Shown here: piece after piece, positions 54,599 to 64,000 of the stretch
Numbering within the stretch: position 1 is the stretch's first letter
Layout: every line of letters starts with the position of its first letter
Assembly (NCBI GenBank): GCA_951406725.2
Contig: OX597823.1
Coordinates: 104,098,001-104,162,000, forward strand
Origin: Octopus vulgaris
Taxonomy: Eukaryota
Direction: 5' to 3'
Length of the DNA: 64,000 nt
Made by a program: the position numbers and the translations under genes
Notes under the pieces: model-generated
What the model was told of the DNA's origin: nothing
The model's database searches: none
What the model saw: only the letters and a program-made list of their open reading frames with translations

Positions 54599-56419
54599 CA
54601 TATGCATGATGCACACACACATGCATATATATATATATGCATATATAAATACATACATATGTATGTATATGTACACACATACACATAAACATGTGCGTGG
54701 CGTGCGTATGTATGTGTGAATGTATGTATGGTATATCCACCATTCTTTCGGCAACAACTCTCTACATACTCCGCTGAGCTTACAAACAGTCCCGTACGTA
54801 CACAACGTTCCAAAGAGCACACGACCGATTGTAACTAAGCTAAGCGGCCATCTTGATTTAAGTTCAATCTGTATGTCTGACTGTCTTATTTATGGTAACC
54901 GACGTGAGAGTATCATGGAATGGGAATATGGTTGGGTGCGCCAAATATTATCTACCCTCATTAAAACACCTGCCTCGTGTATTGATCGCAAGACCTGCAC
55001 CGCCAACATCAAAATTTTCTTTTATTTCGAGTAGACACACACACTTCTATATATATATATATATGTGTGTGTATAATGTAAGTTTGTATGTGCATATATA
55101 TAGCGGGTGTATATATATGTGTGTGTACAAGTGTGCCTACATTTTTACCTACTTACATACATACATACACACGTATATAGAGAATGGGAGTAACATAGGA
55201 AGAGAGGGAACAAATAGAGTTGAACAGACACGGAGAAAAAGATGAAGATGAAGATCAGTCGTGAGAAATAAATAGAGGCATAGCGAAAATGAAAGAACAA
55301 GGTTAAGGAGAAGGGGCAGACGCTGACATATATTAACAATGCAAGTTCTATGGAGATATAAGGAAAAGAAGAAACGAGATGAATCATGAAATAATGAGTT
55401 GGTCAGTCTGACCCAATGACAAATATTGATTATTATCAAACTACTTAGGATTGTTTGATTAGGGATGACAGAGACTAGACATTATCTGTCATATATCTAT
55501 TTGTGTTAGAGATGCTTGGGACTAAGCAACAACCAAGTAGGTTTATAAAACCTCTTAGGACTGTTTGATCGGGACACTCCGGAGCTACGAGACCAGAGGT
55601 ATACAATGATTGTCGTTAGAATATTTGGATGGCCACTACCAGGTCTGACCATAAACGCAAAAACAATCTTTCAATGAATATTAACTTCATTCTTTGATTA
55701 TCATTTGCACAAAAGAATCTGTTGTTTAATGTCTACCGCTAATACTGGACGAGCGCAGACGACCGTCATAACATACTTGACAACGTACAAAGAGGTTGAC
55801 TTTTGATTTGGCTACCAACAACCAAGTTAGCCTTACTATAAGTAGCCTCCACAATCTGGTGTGAAAAGTAAAGTGAAAAGATGAAAGAAAATTAAATGTC
55901 ATTGGTTTCGACGATGAGAATTCGGTCAGTCGATCATCTGAATCACCTTCCCATTGAATTAGCGTTTGGGTGCAGCAGTATTTCGCAGACAAATGCATCC
56001 TTAACGTAATACTCAGGCAGAATCAGTATGATAGTTTGTAACAAGGTTGTACCTTTAAATTACTGGTGCAATCCAGCCGCTTGGCTTCCGCACAGCATCC
56101 TTCAACCTATTTTCATTCACAAGGCTTCGATTGACCCGAAGCAATAGTAAAAGCTGCATTCCCAAGATACTACACATTGTGTCAAACACTGGACCTTGTA
56201 ATTGGGAAGAAAGTTTCTTAAACCTTTATTCATGCTATGTCCGCAATGGTATATAAATCACAATATATGCGGCAATGGCAGCAATTTAGAATGAAAGCTA
56301 GCTTTCAATATCAAGTTCAAAATCATCTTGTAGAAAAACCTGGACAAGTCGTTACACTTCATCAGCTGTTAAGGCTGAATTCAGGAGTTTTGAGGTGTAC
56401 GGAATTACTATTTTATCTC

Positions 56420-57200
56420 TATTAATACCAAGTTCTCCCTTGTCCTGGGTGGTAGTGTCTGTCAAGATCCCCAGTTACGGGTCAAATAACAGAAGATGGT
56501 GCTGGTTAATGCATACCAGAATCGCAAGAAGGCTAGCTCCTAAATATGTGTCATACCTGATGTAACATTAACCAATTCCAATCGCAGTGCGTCAAGGGTA
56601 AGCCTGAGAGGACAAGACTAACAGAGTAAACTGTAAATAAGTCTGAGAAAAACCCCTACGGTATCTTTCCTTACAAAAATCACGAATTCTCATTCTATAG
56701 AAGTCAGTCATAGCTGACGCCTGTCAGCATTACACCTGAAGAGAAGAAAAGGGAGAAAAGTGCTTGTGATACACTGGATTTCTACTTAGTCGTGGATATT
56801 TATATCTCATCTGTTGCTGAAACTACAAGGACTGGACTCATAGTTCCAATATTCTTTGGATTTCGGAAAAAATAAATAAATACAGGTACCCATTGCTTTT
56901 TTTTTTATCATTGAAACAACAAAATACAGTTGAAGGTGTTTTCTACATGCCCTCAGCTTATGACAGCACCACATCCTTCTTTATTATTCTCTGGTGAAGA
57001 ATAACTCTCCGAACAGTTTGATCCTAAATACCTCGTAGCATATGGATATATCGAACACTCACATTGTTTGAATAGAGTTGGAGTCATTTGCAAATGCATA
57101 AGGGCTTCCTGGACGTTTCTATTTATTATAGGAATATGCGAGAATCGGTAAGAACTTTATAGACTCCCTTCTGTAGCTACTATGAGCACCATTCTCACTT
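56420..57200 (+). pseudogene. Possible decayed LINE 5' region/APE endonuclease
   Basis: Remnants resembling ..VAET, SAY(AP)T and (I)ILGD(F)N occur in APE order but are heavily degenerate. Confidence 0.25.
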
Positions 57201-57360
57201 AAGTAGTGTACTCCCTTTCAACTCGTCTGTAGCGGATGTTATATATACTATATATATATACTTCGATTAGAGGTTGTACTAACCTCATGAAGGGATGGTT
57301 TAGGAAATACTAGTTCAGTACCTAGTATTTTAGAGGAATTCATTTCCTTAAAATGATAGG

Positions 57361-57427
<67 letters not shown>

Positions 57428-57515
57428 CATGTAGTTTTTATTCATATAACGGAATTACAAGAAAATGAAGATTGAGAAGTTATCAATTGTTTATTATTAA
57501 CAGCAAATTAGTCAT

Positions 57516-57577
57516 CATCCTTTACAGATGTTTCAATTAATACTCAGTAAGTATTAATCGAGGTCATTAGATAGATG
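57516..57577 (-). ncRNA. Type I hammerhead motif, CUAAUGA variant
   Basis: Minus strand: CATCTAT-CTAATGA-cctcGATTAATACT tactg AGTATTAATT-GAAA-CATCTG-TA-AAGGATG. It lies ~90 bp from (TA)n. Confidence 0.55.
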
Positions 57578-58362
57578 TTTCCCTGACTGTGGTGGACATT
57601 TTATCTATTGCTAACTTTGCCATTTCAGTTCTTACTAAAACTGTCTCACTTTGAGTTTTCTATCTCCGGTTTCACTGAAGTTTGACGCACATACGCATGC
57701 ACACACACACATGTACACATATATGCAACGCATTTGTTTTATTTCGGAAATTTACAAAGTCACACCTCTTACCTAACCTTAGAAATACGCGAGATGATTT
57801 ATTATATATTTTGTAAGGCTTTAATTTCTATCTATTTATCTCAGTTGTCAGAGTCGTTATCGTTTCTTGTCATACTCCTATTTTGGAGAAGTATGATTCA
57901 CTGGGGAGTTGAAATATTCCAGTGCTTTCGATGGGCTTCGGGATATTTCTAGTGAGCTGCTGATTTATCTTCAGACAAGGAACACATTGTTTAGGTATAG
58001 TATAATTCAGAATTATACTAACCTCATAAATAGAACCAACTAGGAAATAGATACATAAAACAGAGAATCTCTTCCTCAACTGCCTGAAGAATTTCAACAA
58101 CGTATCAAGCTCAACAAGAATATGTATTATATGCGCATGCATATGTGAGCATGTGTGTATGTGTAGCTATTATTTACTTTCATTTACCTTTAACCGGACC
58201 TGATCTTCGTATCCTAATTTACAGATTGTACACCATCTTTTGTATGTATAAAAAAACCTGAGCGTGTGATTTAGCACCAAATTCTTTCAATGTTTTTCAC
58301 CATGTCTTTTACGAATATTGATATTTCCATTCTGATGTCTTGCATTGAGTCTTAAAATGTAT

Positions 58363-58407
<45 letters not shown>

Positions 58408-58493
58408 GTATGTACGTATGTATGTATGTATGTATGTATGTATGTATGTATGTATGTATGTATGTATGTATGTATGTTTGTATGTATGATGTA

Positions 58494-58561
<68 letters not shown>

Positions 58562-58579
58562 TACATATATATATAAACA

Positions 58580-58621
<42 letters not shown>

Positions 58622-58688
58622 TCCATACATTCATACATATATATATACATTCATACATGCATACATGCATATTTATATGTATATATAT

Positions 58689-58728
<40 letters not shown>

Positions 58729-59058
58729 GGGGAGAGAGAGAAAGAGAGGGAGAGAAAAAGAGGGGAGAAAGACATACTATTTATCTTCTATGGGGAATCA
58801 GAAATGCATTCCACTTTAAGAATAGGTAGCCATCTTCCTTCTTCTTCTTCTTCTTCTTCTTCTTCTTCTTCTTCTTCTTCTTCTTCTTCTTCTCCTCCTC
58901 CTCCTTCTTCATTTTACCATCATCATCATCATCCTCTTCCGTTTTTTCTGTTTTCTGTTTCTTCTGCTGCTGCACTAACAATTTTTGTTATTCTTTTGTT
59001 CGTTTAGAATCATTATACTACGCAGTGTTTTAAATTTCTCTTGTCTTCTTCTTCCTCG

Positions 59059-59089
<31 letters not shown>

Positions 59090-59752
59090 AATCAACATCA
59101 TCGCCAGCAGCAGCAACAACAACGGTTGCAATTATAACAAAAATATCATCAATCTCGGCCATATTTGATTTTTGTTGTACACATTTGTTTATTTCCAGCT
59201 ATTTTTGTGAAATTATTTTCTTTTTGTTTCGTGCTATATTTCTTTATCATCATCATCATCATCATCATCATCATTATTGTTTGGTGGTGGTGGTGGTGGT
59301 GGTGGTGGTGGTGGTATTATCATTATCATTTTGTTATTACCTCACTGTAATTCTTTTTTCATTCTTCGTTGTTTTTTCCTTGCCAGTCCTACCATTTCTT
59401 AAAACACTTCCTGCTATCTCTATCTAAGCCATTATTCTCAACGAACCTTCTGCATTTTCTGAAGAAGCTTTTTCGTAACCAATAATTGCTCAGTGGAGCC
59501 ATACTGCTGCCTACTGAATAACTTAGTTAATTATAGCAATGTGCTTCAACCAGTTTTTAAAGAACAATAAATAATGATAATAATTTTTATTCCAGCATCC
59601 GTGAATGTCGTAATCGTTTACAGATCACAATGTCTGGTCGTCGTTGCAGCACACAGTAAAGTTGGTGGAGAAGGTGGTGTGAAGTGGAGAAAATGAATGA
59701 GAACAAGAGGGCGGTGAATGTAAAAATGATATCCATGTATGTATAGTTATAG

Positions 59753-59805
<53 letters not shown>

Positions 59806-59864
59806 TATATAGATAGTTAGATAGTTAGTTAGTTAGTTAGTTAGTTAGATAAACATACATATGC

Positions 59865-59917
<53 letters not shown>

Positions 59918-59922
<5 letters not shown>

Positions 59923-60331
59923 ATTTAAAGGGCTAAAAACACTATGTGGTCAGCCATATGCCAGAAGTAGATCACCTACGATCAAACTACAAAGAAAAGA
60001 ATGTTCTCTAGAGAAAAATTCAGATATAGGAATTTTGATACGGAAAACTGGTGGTTAATTTTACAAATTATATTACTTGTGAAACGATCGCACTGAGGAG
60101 CCCTACGGACGAGGGATTACGTAAGTGATTCATTCGTTGATAGGCGAAACCGCCGGTCTGCGTTTAATTCTTGTTTTTTATATAATTTTCATCTGTCTTG
60201 CCCGCATATTGTTCTGGTTACCGCTGAATTTTTCTATAGAGAACATTCTTTTCTTTGTAGTTTGATCGTATGTGATCTACGTCTAGCATATGGCTGACCA
60301 CATAGTGGTTTTTCAGCTCTTTAAATATACA
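59918..60331. repeat. Fold-back inverted repeat (~105-bp arms) enclosing a hammerhead
   Basis: 59918-60023 (..CACTATGTGGTCAGCCATATGC..TACGATCAAACTACAAAGAAAAGAATGTTCTCTAGAGAAAAATTCAG) is the reverse complement of 60224-60331. Confidence 0.95.
60089..60162 (+). ncRNA. Canonical type I hammerhead ribozyme
   Basis: CGCA-CTGAGGA-GCC..ACGA..ATTAC gtaa GTGAT..TCGT..GGC-GAAA-CC gcc GG-TC^-TGCG. All core nucleotides are intact, with a GUC triplet and predicted cleavage after 60158. Confidence 0.9.
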
Positions 60332-60437
60332 CATGTATTAGAATTTTCTCTGATTTTTCAGATTTTTGTATGCTAGGCTACTGGTTTTAAATTGATATTA
60401 ATTAAATTAATATTCAATTTATCTCCCTCTTTACTTT

Positions 60438-61296
<859 letters not shown>

Positions 61297-61479
61297 AAGT
61301 TGATGAATACCACCTCTTGATCCCCTCCATTTTCTTATTGCCGTATAAATTAAGGGTAAAACAACTTCTTACCCTCACCCATTTATTACATTCAGTAGTG
61401 TAATCGCCAGGCAATGAAAAACACTTGTGTATTAATAATTGGGTATTCTACCAGCAGTATATTGGATAGATATTATCCC

Positions 61480-62623
61480 TTAGTTGCTAGCTAAACCATG
61501 CAGAGTGAAATCGCTTGAGCTCTACTGTACATGCGCACTAAGTTTTAACGTTCTTGCTCACTTCCGTTGTTTACTGCAGTGCTTGGAAGGAACGTGTGTA
61601 GCGTATGGTCGTCGCATTGAACATGACAGAGAAAGTTGAGCAGAGAATCTGCGTCAAATTTTTCTAAAAGCTTGGCGATACCTGCTCAGAGGCTTACGCA
61701 AAGTTTCATAAAATGTATGGAAAGGAGTGTATGAGCTGCACACAAGTGTATGAGTGGTTCAGACGTTTCCAAGGTGGCCCAAAAATGTCGATGGTGACGA
61801 ACGTTCTGGGAGACCTGCAACCAGCAGAACTGAATAAAACGTCGCAGATGTGTACACAGCTGTGAGAGGAAATCGTCGAATCACCATCCGTGAGTTATCA
61901 GAGGATGTGAAGATTAGTTACGGTTCAGTTCAGTCCGTTATCAATGAAGATTTGGGTATGAGACGCGTGTCTGCCAAGTTTGTGCCAAAACTGCTTTCTG
62001 CTGCCCAAAAAGACACTCGGGTTTCAGTTGCACAAGATCTCCTTGATTTTGTCGAGAGCGATGAAAAGTTTTTGAAAACGGTCATAACGGATGACGAATC
62101 GTAGGTCTATGGCTATGACCCCGAAACAAAGCCTGTCTTTGCAGTGGAAGACTTCAACCTCTCTGAGACGGAAGAAAGCACTTATGAATCGAAGCAATGT
62201 GAAGACACTGTTGAATGTTTTCTTCGACTACAAGGGAATTGTTCATCATGAGTATGCTTCACCTGGTCAGACAGTAAACAAGGCGTACTACTGCGACATT
62301 TTGCGGCGTTTAAGGGAAGCCATTTGTCGGAAAAGGCCACAGTTGCATGCATCTGGTGAGTAACAATTGCACCATGACAACGCGCCTGCCCATTCTGCGC
62401 AGCTCGTGCAGCAATTTTTGGCTAGGGACAGCATTCCCCTAGTCCGACAGCCACCGCATTCCCCAGATCACGCCCCTTGCGACTTTTTCCGCCTTCCAAA
62501 AATCAAATCCCGCTTGAAAGTAAGAATGCAACGAGACAGCTGCTGAAACGAGTTCCAGGAATGCTTCCCTCAGTCGAAACAGCTCTGGATTAAGTGTGCG
62601 ACTTCCGAAAGGGACTATTTTGG
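61480..62623 (+). pseudogene. Mariner (DD34D) transposase pseudogene
   Basis: ATG at 61623 starts MTEKVEQRICVKF. Further motifs: VYEWFRRF, RRITIRELSEDV, RRVSAKFVPKLL, VITDDES*VYGYDPETK, FFDYKGIVHHEY, HHDNAPAH and PPHSPDHAPCDFF. Stops and frameshifts are present. Confidence 0.92.
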
Positions 62624-62698
62624 ACATCCATCCATCCATCTTTATGTATGTACATACATACATTCATTCATACATACATACATACATACATACATACA

Positions 62699-62732
<34 letters not shown>

Positions 62733-62742
62733 CATACATACA

Positions 62743-62974
62743 TATTTCTTTACTGCCCACAAGGGGCTACACACAGAGGGGACAAACAAGGACAGACAAA
62801 CGGATTAAGTCGATTATATCGACCCCAGTGCGCAAGTGGTACTTAATTTATCGACCCCGAAAGGATGAAAGGCAAAATTGACCTCGGTGGAATTTGAACT
62901 CAGAACGTAACGGCAGACGAAATACGGCTACGCATTTCGCCCGGCGTGCTAACCATGCTGCCAGCTAGCATGCA

Positions 62975-63008
<34 letters not shown>

Positions 63009-63246
63009 CATACATACATATTTCTTTACTGCCCACAAGGGGCTACACACAGAGGGGACAAACAAGGACAGACAAACGGATTAAGTCGATTATATCGACC
63101 CCAGTGCGCAAGTGGTACTTAATTTATCGACCCCGAAAGGATGAAAGGCAAAATTGACCTCGGTGGAATTTGAACTCAGAACGTAACGGCAGACGAAATA
63201 CGGCTACGCATTTCGCCCGGCGTGCTAACCATGCTGCCAGCTAGCA
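62743..63246 (-). mobile_element. Tandem pair of apparently identical SINE A copies (276-bp period)
   Basis: 62743-62970 and 63019-63246 share private variants (GCGCAAGTGG, AAATTGACCTCGGTGG, AACCATGCTGCCAGCTAGCATG) and are separated by (ACAT)n. Confidence 0.9.
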
Positions 63247-63863
63247 TGCATACATACATACATACATACATACATACATACATACATACATACATACATA
63301 CATACATACATACATACATACATGCAATGAGTGAGGCTATGAGCGAAAAAGAATGGGTGAACTGGAGTAATTGAGTGAGAGAAGATGAGAGATAGAAAAA
63401 GGGAGATAATGCATGAGTGAATGAGAAAGAGACAGTGATAGAGAAAGATATGCTGAGCTAATAGAGAAAGTGAAAGAGCTGATCAAAGAGCTGCAGTGGG
63501 AAAAAGAGGGGGAGAGAGGGAGGAGGAAGAGGGAGTGGGAATAAGTAATAGAGAGAGCTGTTGACCTAGAATAAGAGAATATGTGCATAAAAAAGAAACA
63601 GGTGAACAGAGCGGAAGGGAATGCATGACGTCACACATCAATCTCCATTTTAGCGTAGTAATTTCAAAAAATAAGGGTACCAAAGATTTTGTTTTGTGTT
63701 TTTAAAATGTAATTTACAAAAATTATTGGGTTTCTTCATTGTGATAATTATCTCTCGCATTGGCACCTGGGTGCAATATAGGAGGAAGTTTGGGGCAACT
63801 AACGTAGATATATATGTAAGAAAAGTATTTATGAAATCGTGAATAGTAAAGCAGCTTTTATTA

Positions 63864-63926
<63 letters not shown>

Positions 63927-64000
63927 ACTACTAACAAGAATGAGGAGGAGGAGGAGGAGAAGAAGAAGAAGAAGAAGAAGAAGAAGAAGAAGAAGAAGAA

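Noticed and set aside
57280-57365. CTCATGA-AGGGATG..CATTTCCT-TAAAA hammerhead-like fold
   Set aside because: Both core strands are mutated; noted only as a probable decayed copy.
63625-63632. Single TGACGTCA CRE site
   Set aside because: One octamer in 64 kb is expected by chance.

Overview
This is non-coding, repeat-dominated animal genomic DNA. It is AT-rich and full of (TA)n, (CA)n, (ACAT)n, (AGAT)n and triplet microsatellites. The SINE families and satellite load suggest a coleoid cephalopod, most likely Octopus; this is inference and was not checked against a database. Almost all ORFs in the supplied track are microsatellite read-through. The supportable content is: tRNA-derived SINEs of 3 families; a ~560-bp element found in (TAA)n arrays (4 copies); decayed LINE fragments (R4/Dong, Tx1/L1 and others); two mariner transposase pseudogenes; two non-autonomous Helitrons; a hAT MITE; a Merlin-like MITE; and Penelope-like (PLE) remnants. 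The main finding is a dense set of type I hammerhead-ribozyme (HHR) motifs, read by eye on both strands: about 12 recognisable motifs plus several decayed ones. Many lie at or near the apex of fold-back inverted repeats, and most lie next to (TA)n tracts. Three keep the canonical core (60089-60162, 61017-61138, 20343-20444). The others show recurrent core variants: CCGANGA, CUGUNGA, CUAAUGA and U3:A8. A separate 29-bp-period array carrying CRE-like (TGACGTCA) motifs lies at 7040-7552. Two or three isolated candidate exons suggest the window may be intronic to a host gene.
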